Assembly (NCBI GenBank): GCA_016789865.1
Contig: JAEUPC010000061.1
Location: forward strand, 6,604 to 70,603
DNA: 64,000 bases
Reading direction: 5' to 3'
Origin: Rubrivivax sp.
GTDB taxonomy: Bacteria > Pseudomonadota > Gammaproteobacteria > Burkholderiales > Burkholderiaceae_C
The notes under the pieces are model-generated. The model did no database searches. It had not been told where the DNA came from and worked only from the letters and a program-made list of their open reading frames with translations. The position numbers and the translations under genes are program-made. Positions 1 to 10,711 of the stretch are shown here, in pieces. Within the stretch, counting starts at the first letter, position 1. Each line of letters begins with the position of its first letter.

Positions 1-12
1 TCCGGATGGGCA

Positions 13-1524
13 TCACTGCACCAGCGCCTGCAGCTGCGCGCGGCTGTCGGCCAGCGGTGCGCGCTCGTGCATGTCCTGCTGCAGGAAGACACTGAGCTGC
101 GGCGCCAGGCGCACCGCGAGGTCGAGCTCGGCGTCGTGGCCCGGCTGGTAGGCGCCCAGCTGCAGCAGGTCGCGGGCCTTGGCCAGGCGTGCCATCAGCT
201 GGCGCAGCCGGCGCGCAGCCTGCTGCTGCGGGCGCGGCGCCACGGCAGTCATCACGCGCGAGATCGAGCGCTCGATGTCGATGGCCGGGTAGTGCCCGCT
301 CTCTGCCAGCTCGCGCGACAGCACGATGTGGCCGTCCAGGATGCCGCGCGCGGCGTCGGCGATCGGGTCCTGCGGGTCGTCGCCTTCGGTGAGCACGGTG
401 TAAAAGGCGGTGATCGAGCCTTGCCCGGAACCGGCGCCCAGGCCGTTGCCGCTGCGTTCCACCAGCTGCGGCAGCTTGGCGAAGCAACTGGGCGGGTAGC
501 CGCGCGTGGCCGGCGGCTCGCCGATGGCCAGCGCGATCTCGCGCTGGGCCATCGCGTAGCGCGTCAGGCTGTCCATCAGCAGCAGCACATGCCGGCCGCG
601 GTCGCGAAAGTGCTCGGCGATCGCGCTGGCGTAGTGCGCGCCCTGCAGGCGCACCAGCGGCGGTGCGTCGGCCGGGGCGGCCACCACCACGCTGCGCGCC
701 AGGCCCTCGGCCTCGAGGATGTCCTCGATGAACTCCTTGACCTCGCGGCCGCGTTCGCCGATGAGGCCGACGACGATGACGTCGGCCTGCGTGTAGCGCG
801 CCATCATGCCCATCAGCACGCTCTTGCCCACGCCGGTGCCGGCGAACAGGCCCACGCGCTGCCCGCGGCCCACGGTGAGCAGCGCGTTGATGGCGCGCAC
901 GCCCGTATCGAGCGGCGTGCGCACCGGGTCGCGGTCCATGGCGTTGATGGGGCGGCGCGCCATCGGCTCGGGCCGCGTGCCGGCCAGGTCGCCGCGGCGG
1001 TCCAGCGGCTGGCCCTGCGAGTCGACGACGCGGCCGAGCAGCCCGTCGCCCATCGGCAGGTGCAGGCCGCGGTCCTCGCTGCGCCGCCACAGGTGGGGCT
1101 GGGTCGCGCCGAAGCGCAGCGACACTTGCGGCGCCTGGCGCGGCACCACGCGTGCGCCGCTGGCCAGGCCGTGCAGCTCGCCGGTGGGCATGAGGAAGGC
1201 GCGGTCGCCGCTGAAGCCCACCACCTCGGCAAGCACGGGCGCGGCGCTGCCGCCGGGCCGGGCGCCGCGCTCGGGGCCGCGGTCGGGGCCGCGGTCGGCG
1301 GTGCGGTCGGTGCCGCAGCCCTCGCCATGCACCTCGCACACCGCACCGACGGGCGCGCGCACGCCGGCGGCTTCCAGCACGAGGCCGGTGACGCGCAGCA
1401 GCCGCCCCTCGGCGGCCAGCGGCTGCGGCAGCGCGGCGTGCTGCTCCAGCCCCTGCATCCAGTGCGCCCAGCGTTTCTGGCGCCGGTCCATGCGCTCGGC
1501 CAGCGAGAGGGGGCCGGCCGTCAT
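13..1524 (-). CDS. fliI: Flagellar export ATPase FliI
   Basis: Walker [37 protein letters not shown] motifs; follows fliH. Confidence 0.97.
   Translation of the reverse strand: MTAGPLSLAERMDRRQKRWAHWMQGLEQHAALPQPLAAEGRLLRVTGLVLEAAGVRAPVGAVCEVHGEGCGTDRTADRGPDRGPERGARPGGSAAPVLAEVVGFSGDRAFLMPTGELHGLASGARVVPRQAPQVSLRFGATQPHLWRRSEDRGLHLPMGDGLLGRVVDSQGQPLDRRGDLAGTRPEPMARRPINAMDRDPVRTPLDTGVRAINALLTVGRGQRVGLFAGTGVGKSVLMGMMARYTQADVIVVGLIGERGREVKEFIEDILEAEGLARSVVVAAPADAPPLVRLQGAHYASAIAEHFRDRGRHVLLLMDSLTRYAMAQREIALAIGEPPATRGYPPSCFAKLPQLVERSGNGLGAGSGQGSITAFYTVLTEGDDPQDPIADAARGILDGHIVLSRELAESGHYPAIDIERSISRVMTAVAPRPQQQAARRLRQLMARLAKARDLLQLGAYQPGHDAELDLAVRLAPQLSVFLQQDMHERAPLADSRAQLQALVQ
1259..1318. repeat. 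Degenerate 12-bp tandem repeat inside fliI (encodes [16 protein letters not shown] insert)
   Basis: tcggggccgcgg x2 plus 2-3 degenerate copies. Confidence 0.7.
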
Positions 1525-2285
1525 GTCGTGGTCTCGCTCCAGTCGACATCAGCGGCCAGTCCTTCGGCCGCCTGCTGCCAGCGCCGGGCGATGCCGGCGT
1601 CGACGCCGCCGACCTCGGACTCGACGCGCACGCCACCGCGCTCCACACCCTCGTCGGCCACGAGGCGCGCGCCGCGCGCGGCCAGCGCCTCCTCGGCGCC
1701 TTCGGCGACCAGCGGCAGGTCGTGCGGGTGCAGGTGCACGGTGATGTGCCGTGCCGAAAGCATCACGGCGCCCACCGCCTCGGCGGCCACGCGGGCCACC
1801 TGCGCGGGCTGCGCGGCCAGCTCGCTGCGCACCACTTCGCGGGCCAGCTGCACGGCGGCGCGGGCCAGCGTCTGCGCCAGCTGCCCGTCCAGGGCCGTGA
1901 GCTGGCGATCGAAGGCCTCCAGCAGCGCGCCCACCTGGGCCGTGGCCTGGGCGGCGAACTGCTGCTTGAAGTTCTCCAGCGCCGCCAGGCCGTCGCGATA
2001 ACCGTCCTGGTAGCCTGACTGGCGCGCGGCCTGCACAAGCCGCTGCCAATCGGCAGCGGTGGGCTCGGCCGCCGGTGCCGCCGGGGGTGCTGCCCCCGCC
2101 GCACCGGCCGCACCGGTGCCACCGCCGGCCGCCGAGCCGGCGCCGCCGAAGGTGCCCGGCCGCCAGGAGGCCACCTCGCCGAGTTCCTCGCGCGGGATGA
2201 ATCGCGTGTACGCCGAGGTGGGCTTGCCGGCGTGCGGCGGCGGCACCTGGCGCACCGTGCGCTTGCCGCGCGAATCTGCGCTCAT
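1521..2285 (-). CDS. fliH: Flagellar assembly protein FliH
   Basis: GYQDGYRDG repeat, C-terminal [13 protein letters not shown]; lies between fliG and fliI with ATGA overlaps. Confidence 0.93.
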   Translation of the reverse strand: MSADSRGKRTVRQVPPPHAGKPTSAYTRFIPREELGEVASWRPGTFGGAGSAAGGGTGAAGAAGAAPPAAPAAEPTAADWQRLVQAARQSGYQDGYRDGLAALENFKQQFAAQATAQVGALLEAFDRQLTALDGQLAQTLARAAVQLAREVVRSELAAQPAQVARVAAEAVGAVMLSARHITVHLHPHDLPLVAEGAEEALAARGARLVADEGVERGGVRVESEVGGVDAGIARRWQQAAEGLAADVDWSETTT

Positions 2286-3289
2286 ACGAACTGCTCGTCG
2301 CCGCCGCCGGCCAGCACGATCTGGCCTTCGTCGACGAGGCGGCGCACGATCTTGAGCATCTCCTTTTGCTCGGCTTCCACCTCCGACAACCGCACCGGGC
2401 CGCGCGATTCGAGGTCTTCCTTGAGCGTCTCGGCGGCGCGGCTGGACATGTTCTTGAACACCTTGTCGCGCATCGCCGGGGTGGCGCCCTTCAGCGCGAT
2501 GACCAGCGACTCGCTCTGCACCTCCTTCAGCAGGGCCTGGATGCCCTTGTCGTCGATCTTCTCGACGTCATCGAAGGTGAACATGTTGTCCATGATCTTC
2601 TGCGCCAGGTCGTTGTCGGCCTCGCGCACGAAGTCCAGCACGCTGGTCTCCACCGAGCTGCCCAGCATGTTGAGGATCTCGGCAGTGGCCTTCACGCCGC
2701 CCAGGCTGGCTTTCTTGGTGCGGTCGCCGCCGGCCAGCACCTTGCTCATGACCTCGTTGAGGTCCTTCAGCGCCGTGGGCTGGATGCCGTCCAGCGTGGC
2801 GATGCGGATCATCACCTCGTTGCGCTGGCGCTCGGTGAACAGCTTGAGGACGTCGGCGGCCTGGTCGAACTCCAGGTGCACGAGGATGGCGGCGACGATC
2901 TGCGGGTGCTCGTTGCGCAGCAGCTCGGCCACCGAGCTGGGGTCCATCCACTTCAGGCTCTCGATGCCGGTGATGTCGCTGCCTTGCAGGATGCGGTCGA
3001 TCAGCAGGTTGGCCTTGTCCTCGCCGAGCGCCTTGCGCAGCACGCTCTTGACGTACTCGTTGGTGTCGGCGACGAGCAGGCTCTCGCTGGCGGCGAGCGT
3101 CTCGAACTTCTCGAACACGGTGTCGACGCGCTCGCGCGACACCGCCTTCATCTTGGCGATGGTCTCGCCCAGGCGCTGCACCTCCTTGGGCGCCAGGTGC
3201 TTGAAGATCTCCGCGGCCTCCTCCTCGCCCAGGCTCATGAGCAGGATGGCGGCGTTCTCGGTGCCTTCGTCGTCGGTGGGGGCGGCCAT
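2282..3289 (-). CDS. fliG: Flagellar motor switch protein FliG
   Basis: AAILLMSLGEE, EHPQIVA, MFTFDD, KNMSSRAAE..GPVRLSEVE motifs. Confidence 0.98.
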   Translation of the reverse strand: MAAPTDDEGTENAAILLMSLGEEEAAEIFKHLAPKEVQRLGETIAKMKAVSRERVDTVFEKFETLAASESLLVADTNEYVKSVLRKALGEDKANLLIDRILQGSDITGIESLKWMDPSSVAELLRNEHPQIVAAILVHLEFDQAADVLKLFTERQRNEVMIRIATLDGIQPTALKDLNEVMSKVLAGGDRTKKASLGGVKATAEILNMLGSSVETSVLDFVREADNDLAQKIMDNMFTFDDVEKIDDKGIQALLKEVQSESLVIALKGATPAMRDKVFKNMSSRAAETLKEDLESRGPVRLSEVEAEQKEMLKIVRRLVDEGQIVLAGGGDEQFV

Positions 3290-3326
3290 GGGCTAGGAGT
3301 CGTGCTGCGGGTGTGGCCGAGCGGGT

Positions 3327-3470
3327 GCCGCGGATCCGGCTACGCCGGGCCGCTGGCGCGCCTTGCTGGTCGAGCCGGATGAAGGCGCCCGGCCCCAAGC
3401 CAAGCAGGCGAGGTCCGCCGGACCTCTGGTGTCCGGGCTCGGCCCCCCGGGGGGGACGCGCCTGGGGCGC
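3327..3470. repeat. REP-like palindromic element in the fliF-fliG spacer
   Basis: gccgcggatccggctacgccgggccgctggcg (3327-3358) is nearly identical to 34024-34055 and similar to 34972-35003. Confidence 0.7.
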
Positions 3471-3483
3471 TGCGGGGAGGGCT

Positions 3484-5211
3484 TCATGTTTCGCCGTTGA
3501 CCCAGCCGCGCACGATGTTGGCGACGGCCGCCGGGTTGTCCTTGGCCAGCTTGCGCGCTGCCTCCAGGCGCAGCTGTGCCGCCGGGGTCTCGAGCGCGAG
3601 CTGGGCCGCGGCGCCGTCGCCCGGGGGCGCGTCGCCGCCGATCACTTCGTTGACCTGTGCGCCAGGCCGGGGCGGCGGCGGCGCGAGCATTGCCGCGACG
3701 GCCGGCTTGATGAGCGCGAAGACGATGGCCAGGCCCACCAGCCCCAGCGCCGCCGGGGCGGCTGCGCTCTTGAGCAGGTCGATGAGCCATGGCTCGCGCC
3801 ACAGCGGCGTGCTGTCGGCGGCCGGCGCCGGTTCGGCGCGGAACGGTGCGTTGATGACCTTCACCTGGTCGCCGCGTTCGCTGTTGAAGCCGATGCCCTG
3901 CTGCACCAGCGCGGTGAGCTGCTCGATTTCCTTGTCGGAAAGCGGCGCGGCGGTGGTCTTGCCCTTGGCGTCGGTGGAGCTGCGGTGGTTCACCACCACC
4001 GCCGCCGACAGCCGCTTGACCTGGCCGACCGCGGCGCGCGTGACGGTGGTGGTCTTGTCCAGTTCGTAGCGGGTGGCGCCTTCGCGGCTGGAACCCATGC
4101 CGGCCCCCGCGCCGCCGGCGCCCTGCAGCGGTGCCGATGCGCCGGTGATCGGCGCGGTGGCGTTCACCGGGGGCTGGTTGCTGGTGGCGCCGGGCACGCC
4201 GGCCGGCGTGGCGCTGCCCGGCTGCGTGCTCTCCTGGGTGCGCTGCTCACGGATGGCGATGCGCGCGTCGGCGCCCTGGTTGGGGCGCCACGCCTCGGCC
4301 GTCTGCATGACCTGCGAGAAGTCGATCTCGGCGGTGACGCTGGCGCGCACGTTGTCGCGGCCGACCACCGGTTCCAGCAGCGCCAGCACGCGGCGCAGGT
4401 GGCCGGCCTCGATCTCGCGGCGGTACTGCAGCTGCGCGCCGTCCAGGCCCTCGGCGCTGTCGCTGTCGTGCGCGCCGGACAGCAGCGCGCCGCTGCTGTC
4501 GAGCACGCTCACCGCCTTGGGGCTGAGCTCGGGCACGCTGGAGCTCACCAGGTGCACGATGCCGGCGACCTGGCTGCGCTCCAGCGTGCGCCCGGGGTGC
4601 AGGTTGAGCACGACGCTGGCGCTGGGTTTTTGCTGTTCGCGGAAGAAGCCGTTCTGGTGCGGGATGGCCAGGTGCACACGCGCCGACTGCACCGACGCCA
4701 GGCTGTGGATGGTGCGCGTGAGCTCGCCTTCGATGGCGCGCTGCACGTTCATGCGCTCCTGGCCCTGCGTCTGGCCGAAGGGCGTCTTGTCCAGCAGTTC
4801 GTAGCCGGGGCCCGAGCCGCCGGCCAGGCCCCCCACGCCGCCGGTAGGCACGCCGGCGGCGGACAGCTTCATGCGCAACTCGTGCACGCGCGATGCCGGC
4901 ACCATGATGAAGCCGCCGCTGTCGCTGAAACGGTACGGCACGTTCATCTGCGTGAGCCGTTCGATGACCACGCCGCCGTCCTTCTCCGACAGGTTCGGGA
5001 ACAGCACGCGGTAGTCGGCGTTGCGCGCATTGCCCAGCAGCATCACCAGCACGGCAACCAGCGCTGCCACCCCGGCCAGCGCCATGAGCTGAGTGCGGGC
5101 GGGCAGCGAACGCCAGCGCGCCACGGGCCCCGAGTGGCCAGGGTCGGCACCGCCCGCGGCGGCGGCGGCTGCAAGGCCCGGGTTGGGAACGGTCGCGACG
5201 GCGTTGTCCAT
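3484..5211 (-). CDS. fliF: Flagellar M-ring protein FliF
   Basis: Start trimmed to MDNAVAT; GYELLDK..FG, RAIEGELTRTI, ARVHLAIP, KPSASVV, GVPGATSNQP motifs. Confidence 0.96.
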   Translation of the reverse strand: MDNAVATVPNPGLAAAAAAGGADPGHSGPVARWRSLPARTQLMALAGVAALVAVLVMLLGNARNADYRVLFPNLSEKDGGVVIERLTQMNVPYRFSDSGGFIMVPASRVHELRMKLSAAGVPTGGVGGLAGGSGPGYELLDKTPFGQTQGQERMNVQRAIEGELTRTIHSLASVQSARVHLAIPHQNGFFREQQKPSASVVLNLHPGRTLERSQVAGIVHLVSSSVPELSPKAVSVLDSSGALLSGAHDSDSAEGLDGAQLQYRREIEAGHLRRVLALLEPVVGRDNVRASVTAEIDFSQVMQTAEAWRPNQGADARIAIREQRTQESTQPGSATPAGVPGATSNQPPVNATAPITGASAPLQGAGGAGAGMGSSREGATRYELDKTTTVTRAAVGQVKRLSAAVVVNHRSSTDAKGKTTAAPLSDKEIEQLTALVQQGIGFNSERGDQVKVINAPFRAEPAPAADSTPLWREPWLIDLLKSAAAPAALGLVGLAIVFALIKPAVAAMLAPPPPRPGAQVNEVIGGDAPPGDGAAAQLALETPAAQLRLEAARKLAKDNPAAVANIVRGWVNGET

Positions 5212-5516
5212 GCAGGGTTCGGGGGGCGGGAGCGCGGCGTGCCGGGCGTGGGTGAAAGGGGGCGGCGGATGCGGTGGGTGGAGCGGCGGGCCGGGCTGCG
5301 GGCGGGCGGTCGAACGTTGGCGGGTGTCCTCGCGACCCTGTCGTGCTGGCGTCCCCCGGGCGACGCTGGCCTGGGCCCCGTTGCCGCTGGCATTGTTCGA
5401 CCGGCATCGCGCGCCCGGTGTGGCGAGAAGGTGCCCAAAGCCCGGCCTCTTCCCGGCCCGGCGGCGGCGGGCCGCTCCTACAGTGCCCGCACCGTGAACT
5501 CGCCCCCGGCCCTGCC

Positions 5517-5843
5517 ATGAACGAGGTCCGACTGAAGCCCTTCGACTTCCAGGCGGCGCTGGCCCGCGCCGGTCTGCAGCCCAGCGGCCTGCCGCGCGTC
5601 GAGGGCAACGGCGCCGCCGCCGGCGGCTTTCGCGCCGCGATGACCCAGGCGCTGCAGGGCGTGAGTCAGTCGCAGCTGGAAGCGCAGCGATTGCAGCGCG
5701 AGTTGAGCCTGGACAACCCCACCGTGAGCGTGGAAGAAACAATGCTCGCCATGCAGAAGGCGAACCTCGGGTTCCAGGCGACGCTGCAGGTGCGCAACCG
5801 CATGCTGCAGGCGTACAGCGAGATCATGAACATGCAGGTGTGA
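5517..5843 (+). CDS. fliE: Flagellar hook-basal body protein FliE
   Basis: MLAMQKANLGFQATLQVRNRMLQAYSEIMNMQV C-terminus; divergent from fliF. Confidence 0.96.
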   Translation: MNEVRLKPFDFQAALARAGLQPSGLPRVEGNGAAAGGFRAAMTQALQGVSQSQLEAQRLQRELSLDNPTVSVEETMLAMQKANLGFQATLQVRNRMLQAYSEIMNMQV

Positions 5844-5964
5844 GGGCGCAGGCTGGTGCGCATCCACCGGATTGCGGATGCCGCCGACTCGCGCCGTACG
5901 CCGGCGGGTAATGGGTGGGGGATTGCCGGTGCCTAGCATCTTTCTCAGGCGGCTCGCTCCCGAC

Positions 5965-6020
5965 GCTGCCCCGTTGCCCCGTTGCCCTGTTGCCCAGTTG
6001 CCCAGTTGCCCAGTTGCCCT
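5965..6020. repeat. 8-bp tandem repeat (GTTGCCCN x7) upstream of the lipoprotein gene
   Basis: gctgcccc-gttgcccc-gttgccct-gttgccca x3-gttgccct. Confidence 0.9.
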
Positions 6021-6087
6021 TTTGCACCGCTGCCGCACGCATGCCGGCATGCCCGTTAGAACCACCTGACCGCGAGGGAAGCCCCCG

Positions 6088-7698
6088 ATGACCACGCGCC
6101 GCCGCATTTCGATTGCCTTCACGCTGCTGGCCAGCGCAAAGGGGCTGACCGCCTGCGGCGGGTCGGGCCCCGAGGACACTGTCGAGCAGGACGAGCAGGC
6201 CCAGGCGCAGGCCTGGTGGTCGTGGCTGACGCGCAGGCCGACGCCCAAGCCGACGCCGGCCCCGACGCCGGCACCGACCCCCGCCCCAACGCCGGCCCCA
6301 ACGCCGGCACCAACGCCGGCACCAACGCCGGGGCCGACGCCTGCACCGACACCTGCACCGACACCTGCACCGACACCTGCACCGACACCTGCTCCGACAC
6401 CTGCTCCGACACCTGCTCCGACACCTGCTCCGACGCCCGCGCCAACCCCGGCGCCGGGCAGCTTGCCCGCGTGGGTGCCGCCGGCCGGCGAAGTGGTCCT
6501 GCTCACGCAGACCAACGGCCGGCTCAGCAACCGCTTCCGCGACATCGTCGCCCCGTACTACGACCCCTTCTATTCGAAGAAGATCGTCAACGACTACAGC
6601 GGCGCGTTCAAGAACCCGCACTGGGGCACCTGGGGCTGCACGATGTTCTGGGGCGGCGGCCACGCCGCCACCAACGACAACATGGTGGCCATCGCCGAGT
6701 ACGGCGCCAGCAGCATCACCTTCCGCCGCATCAGCGACCCGACCCCCTGGTTCGGCACCGGCACCGACGCCACCACGCGCTACCGCAACAGCGTCGACAA
6801 CGCCAACGCGACCCTCAACATGACCTACATGGAGTCGACGATCGACGGCAAGCCCGGCGCGCCGCACAGCTACGGCGGCGGCGACGTCATCGCGCCGGCC
6901 GATGGGGGTGCGGCCTGCGGCACGTTCCTGCAGGTCATCGCCTCGGCGGTCAATGCACGCAACGACGCCGGCGCGGTGGCCGCGCACGAACTGCCGCTGG
7001 ACAGCACCACCACGCCCAGCAGCGCACGCACCTGGCGGCGCGTCACCGACGCGCAGGCCAACAACACCCTCGGCCCATGGGCGGCACCGCAGCTCACGGC
7101 CCACGTGCCGGGGCAGGCGCGCGTGTACATCGTGCCCAACGGCATGAACATCCCGGGGCTGGTGCGCTGGTTCGACCGCACGAGCCGCACCTGGGTGCAG
7201 GGCACCGGCACCGGCTTCAGCTACGACGAGTCCGACGGCTGGGACAGCGGCATCCTGTTCCACGTGCCCGAGCGCGGGCTGCTGCTGTGCCTGTACCCGG
7301 TGGGCGCACGGCTGAAGATTCAGTGGATGAACGTCACCGTCAACCAGCCCACCCTGGGCACCGCGGTGACACTCAGCCAGACGCTGACCCTGTCGATGCC
7401 CTGGTCTGCGGCGTGCTGGTGCCCGCACAACAACCGCATCATCGTGGCCGGTGTGTCAGGCGACAACGCGGCGGCCTACGAGATCGAGATTCCGGCCGTG
7501 CTGAGCAGCCCTTGGCCGGTGACGCGGGCTCCGTTCGGTCCTGGCCAGACGTTCACGCCCGCCGATCCGTCGGTCGGCATCGGCGTGACCTGGAAGAAGT
7601 TCCACTACGACGAGAAGGTGCGGGCCATCGTCTACATGCCGCTGGCCGCCAGCGACGGCGACGACCGCATCTGGGTGTATCGGCCTCGATTCACCTAG
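6088..7698 (+). CDS. Putative exported lipoprotein: RR/lipobox signal, (PTPA)n tether, Trp-rich beta-rich (probably propeller) domain; function unknown
   Basis: MTTRRRI..GLTAC|GG; about 18 PTPA units; WGGGH motif; strong coding codon bias. Confidence 0.8.
   Translation: MTTRRRISIAFTLLASAKGLTACGGSGPEDTVEQDEQAQAQAWWSWLTRRPTPKPTPAPTPAPTPAPTPAPTPAPTPAPTPGPTPAPTPAPTPAPTPAPTPAPTPAPTPAPTPAPTPAPTPAPGSLPAWVPPAGEVVLLTQTNGRLSNRFRDIVAPYYDPFYSKKIVNDYSGAFKNPHWGTWGCTMFWGGGHAATNDNMVAIAEYGASSITFRRISDPTPWFGTGTDATTRYRNSVDNANATLNMTYMESTIDGKPGAPHSYGGGDVIAPADGGAACGTFLQVIASAVNARNDAGAVAAHELPLDSTTTPSSARTWRRVTDAQANNTLGPWAAPQLTAHVPGQARVYIVPNGMNIPGLVRWFDRTSRTWVQGTGTGFSYDESDGWDSGILFHVPERGLLLCLYPVGARLKIQWMNVTVNQPTLGTAVTLSQTLTLSMPWSAACWCPHNNRIIVAGVSGDNAAAYEIEIPAVLSSPWPVTRAPFGPGQTFTPADPSVGIGVTWKKFHYDEKVRAIVYMPLAASDGDDRIWVYRPRFT
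6238..6456 (+). repeat. 12-bp coding tandem repeat (Pro-Thr-Pro-Ala)n
   Basis: Blocks of identical ccgacacctgca and ccgacacctgct units. Confidence 0.95.
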
Positions 7699-7783
7699 AG
7701 GTGGCCTGCGCGGCCTGTGCCGCGTGGCCGCGCCATGCGAGCGCGGGCCGCGGCGGGCGGCCGCGCATCGACACGGCAGCCGC

Positions 7784-8311
7784 TCAGCAGCGCGGCACGC
7801 GGGCGTTGTGGCCTTGTGGGTCGCAGACCCGGGTGCGGCCGAAGCGCGAGACCTGCACCTGCAGCTGCCGCTCGCCCGCGACGAACGCGGCGGCCACCGC
7901 CACGCTCGACTGACCGTCGGCGCCGATGCGCACGGGCTCGATGTGGGCGAGGCCGACCCCGGGGTGCTCGGCAGCCCGCACAATTTTCAGTCGGCACGGC
8001 GCGGCCTCGGGGCCGCCGGGCACCATGTCGGCGGGAGCGGCCACGCCGGCGTCGCAAGGGCAGCCGGCGTGGGTGGCCACTGACCAGCACCACTGTGCGC
8101 CGTCGCGGTGGGCCTCGATGTGCAGCGCGCTGCCGCGGCGCGCCGCCTCGTGTCGCGCTTGGGCGATGTCGGCAGCCAGCGCCTCGGCCGCACCGAGCAG
8201 CCGCTCGTGGCGCAGGCGCGAAGCCAGGCCCGGCGTGGCCAGGGCCGCCAGCACCACCAGCACGGCCAGCACGATGACCAGCTCCAGCAAGGTCAGGCCG
8301 CGCCGCATCAT
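7784..8311 (-). CDS. fimT: FimT/GspH-family type IV prepilin-like protein
   Basis: RRG|LTLLELVIVLAVL class III signal; ARHEAARRG; C-terminal GRTRVC; ATGA overlap with pilE. Confidence 0.85.
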   Translation of the reverse strand: MMRRGLTLLELVIVLAVLVVLAALATPGLASRLRHERLLGAAEALAADIAQARHEAARRGSALHIEAHRDGAQWCWSVATHAGCPCDAGVAAPADMVPGGPEAAPCRLKIVRAAEHPGVGLAHIEPVRIGADGQSSVAVAAAFVAGERQLQVQVSRFGRTRVCDPQGHNARVPRC

Positions 8312-8709
8312 CGGTTCCAGCACCGGCCCTCGGGGCCGAGTGTCGCGAATCCCTGGCGCACCTCGACGCTGATCGTGGTGCAGCCGCCGTCGGCCTGCTG
8401 GCCGCCATCGGCCATGGCATGGGCGTGCAGGCGGTAGCCTTCCGCGCCGCGCGTTTCGAGGGCCAGCGTGTAGCGCCCTCCGGGGGTGGTGGTCGCCAGG
8501 CCCAGCGCCCGCAGCTGGGCCGAGTACACGCCGTAGGCCGCCCGGTGCCGCTCCTGGGCGAGCTGGGCGCGCTGAAGCGTCTCGATGGCCTCGTTGCGGG
8601 CGGCGCGCCGCAACTGGCCCTGGTAAGACGGCCAGGCGATGAACGCCAGCACCGCGCCGATGACGCTGGCGACCAGCACCTCGACGAGCGTGAAGCCGCG
8701 CCGCTGCAT
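8308..8709 (-). CDS. pilE: PilE-family type IV minor pilin
   Basis: MQRRG|FTLVEVLV..IAWPSY..RRAARNEA; QERHRA; terminal CW. Confidence 0.88.
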   Translation of the reverse strand: MQRRGFTLVEVLVASVIGAVLAFIAWPSYQGQLRRAARNEAIETLQRAQLAQERHRAAYGVYSAQLRALGLATTTPGGRYTLALETRGAEGYRLHAHAMADGGQQADGGCTTISVEVRQGFATLGPEGRCWNR

Positions 8710-8740
8710 GACCGAGGTCGCCGCCAGCCGGGGCCGGCGC

Positions 8741-9679
8741 TCAGCCGGCCGGGGGCTCGGGCGTGCCAGCGGGGCCGTTGGAGCCCGCCGCTGCGATGCT
8801 GCCCGCCGCGCCCGCGGCACCCGGAGTGTCGAGCGGGTCGGCCGTCACGCCTGGCCCGGCTGCGCCTTCGCTGGAGCCGGCCTCGGCAGTGGTGCTGCGC
8901 TGGCGCAGCCGCTGGCGCACCTGGGCCTGGTCGATCCAGCGCTGCAGCGCGCGCTCGTCCTCCACTCGCGCGAGCCGCCACTCGCAACCCACGCGCGCGC
9001 TGGCCATCCGGCCCGGGCTGCCGCCCGAAGACAGGTGGGTCAGGTGCTGCAGCGTCAGGTCCGCACGCAGCCGCGTGTTGACGTCCAGTTCAATGATCAC
9101 GCCGGCGATGTGCGTGCCTGGCGACAGCGGCGGCACGTCGTCGGGCAGGCGCAGCGCGCAGCCGCCCAGGCTCAGGTCGAGCACGCGCAGCGCCAGCGAC
9201 ATGTCGGGAATGGCCGGGTGGCGCAGGTAGGCCACCGGGGCCGAGACCGGCGGCGTGACGCGAAAGCTCTCGCGCCGCTGGATGCGCAGCATCTCTTCGG
9301 GCAGCGCCGACTGCAGCACGACGCAGGCCTGGCTGCGCACCAGCACCAGCCCGGTGAGCTCGAACTGCAGCTTGACCGGGCCCGGGTGGGCGATCGCCGT
9401 CACGTCGTCGGCATCGAGCAGCGGCGACAGGTACGGCGCGCTCGACTCGGCCGCCGACATCGCAAAGGCCAGCCGCGCCGCGGCCGCGTCCACCAGCGAC
9501 AAGGTGGTGCGCAGCGCGTGGCCGTCGGGGGCGTGCATCAGCACCGGCGTGCCGCGATCGCGCAGCTCGACGAGCAGCGCCAGCCGTTCGGCGGGGTCGC
9601 GGACGCGGCAGTCGTCCAGCGGCGCGACGCGCAGTCGCGCCTCGGTTCGCGTGGCACGCAGATCGGCCTGCATGACCAT
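8741..9679 (-). CDS. ycgR: Flagellar brake protein YcgR (PilZN-PilZ)
   Basis: c-di-GMP motifs QRRESFR and DLSLGG; GPVKLQF; GGAG RBS before 9679. Confidence 0.9.
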   Translation of the reverse strand: MVMQADLRATRTEARLRVAPLDDCRVRDPAERLALLVELRDRGTPVLMHAPDGHALRTTLSLVDAAAARLAFAMSAAESSAPYLSPLLDADDVTAIAHPGPVKLQFELTGLVLVRSQACVVLQSALPEEMLRIQRRESFRVTPPVSAPVAYLRHPAIPDMSLALRVLDLSLGGCALRLPDDVPPLSPGTHIAGVIIELDVNTRLRADLTLQHLTHLSSGGSPGRMASARVGCEWRLARVEDERALQRWIDQAQVRQRLRQRSTTAEAGSSEGAAGPGVTADPLDTPGAAGAAGSIAAAGSNGPAGTPEPPAG

Positions 9680-9702
9680 GGCCGGTGCTCCCGCGTGCGG
9701 CT

Positions 9703-10110
9703 TCAGTGCAGCGTGCGACGGCGGCCCTGCATGGCCTCGTCGAGCGTCTGCAGCCAAGGCTCGGCCAGTTGGCGGATCTCGGCGTCGTTCATCAGGATGC
9801 GCTGCATGATGCGCGCCTTGGCGCGTGCCGCGTCACCGGCCACCTGGGCACGCTCGCGAGGCGAGGCGGCAGCGCCGGCCAGCGCGGGCGCGGGCGGCAA
9901 GGCGCCCGGCGGGGGCACCTCGAAGCTCGTCGGCTCCGCGGCGCCGTAGGGCGGAGGCTCCTGCGCGGCGTGCTTGAGCTGGCTGATCAGCAGCACGCAG
10001 GCGCCCTCGAGCTTGACGACCTCGTCCCAGTTGCCGGCGCGGGCGGCATTGAGCATGTCGGCGCTGGCGCGCTCGATGGCTTCGTAGTAGGTGAGAAGTT
10101 GGGGGTCCAT
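9703..10110 (-). CDS. fliT: Flagellar chaperone FliT (with Pro/Ala insertion)
   Basis: YEAIERASADMLNAARAGNWDEV..RILMNDAEIRQLAEPW. Confidence 0.88.
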   Translation of the reverse strand: MDPQLLTYYEAIERASADMLNAARAGNWDEVVKLEGACVLLISQLKHAAQEPPPYGAAEPTSFEVPPPGALPPAPALAGAAASPRERAQVAGDAARAKARIMQRILMNDAEIRQLAEPWLQTLDEAMQGRRRTLH

Positions 10111-10231
10111 CGGGCGAAGGGGCAGGGGGTGGTCAGGGATTCGGGTGGGCCGGGCGGGCTGGCCGATCGAGGCGTGCAGTGCTGTTGTGCCGTTGTGTGG
10201 TCGTGCGGCTGTGCGATCGCGAGCTGCGCGC

Positions 10232-10678
10232 TCACGCGCCGCGGCGGCCGAGCGTCTCGGCCTCGTCGGCGATGGCCAGCCAGGCCTCGTGCAGCGGCCG
10301 CATCAGCCGCTGGCACTCTTCGAGCGCCGCTTCGTCGTTGCGCAGGTTGGCCAGCGTCAGGCGCATCGACAGGTAGGCATAGAGCTCGTCGAGGTCGCGG
10401 GCGAGGGTGCCGCCGGCGCGCAGGTCCAGCCCGGCGCGCAGCCCCTCCTCGAGGATGCGCACGGCGCGCGTGATGGCCGTGCATTTGGCTTCGTGCCGCT
10501 GCTCGCGCAGCGCACCGCGGGCCTGGGCCAGCGCCTCGGCGTAGCCGTCGAACAACATCGCCACCAGCTCGTGGGCGGAGGCCGCGGCGACCTTGGATTC
10601 GACCCGCACCTGCTGGTACAGGCCACCCAGCGCATGGCGGGCTGCGGGGCTGGAGAAGGGCAAGGCGGTGGCGTACAT
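10232..10678 (-). CDS. fliS: Flagellin chaperone FliS
   Basis: ASAHELVAMLFDG, LDELYAY, RLTLANLRND, EAW. Confidence 0.93.
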   Translation of the reverse strand: MYATALPFSSPAARHALGGLYQQVRVESKVAAASAHELVAMLFDGYAEALAQARGALREQRHEAKCTAITRAVRILEEGLRAGLDLRAGGTLARDLDELYAYLSMRLTLANLRNDEAALEECQRLMRPLHEAWLAIADEAETLGRRGA

Positions 10679-10711
10679 CCTGACGGGGCCTGGTGCGCTG
10701 TGGATGCATGC

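Noticed and set aside
5478-6545. (GVGA)n and (SEQV)n ORFs resembling elastin or silk
   Set aside because: They are reverse or alternate frames of the PTPA repeat in the 6088-7698 gene
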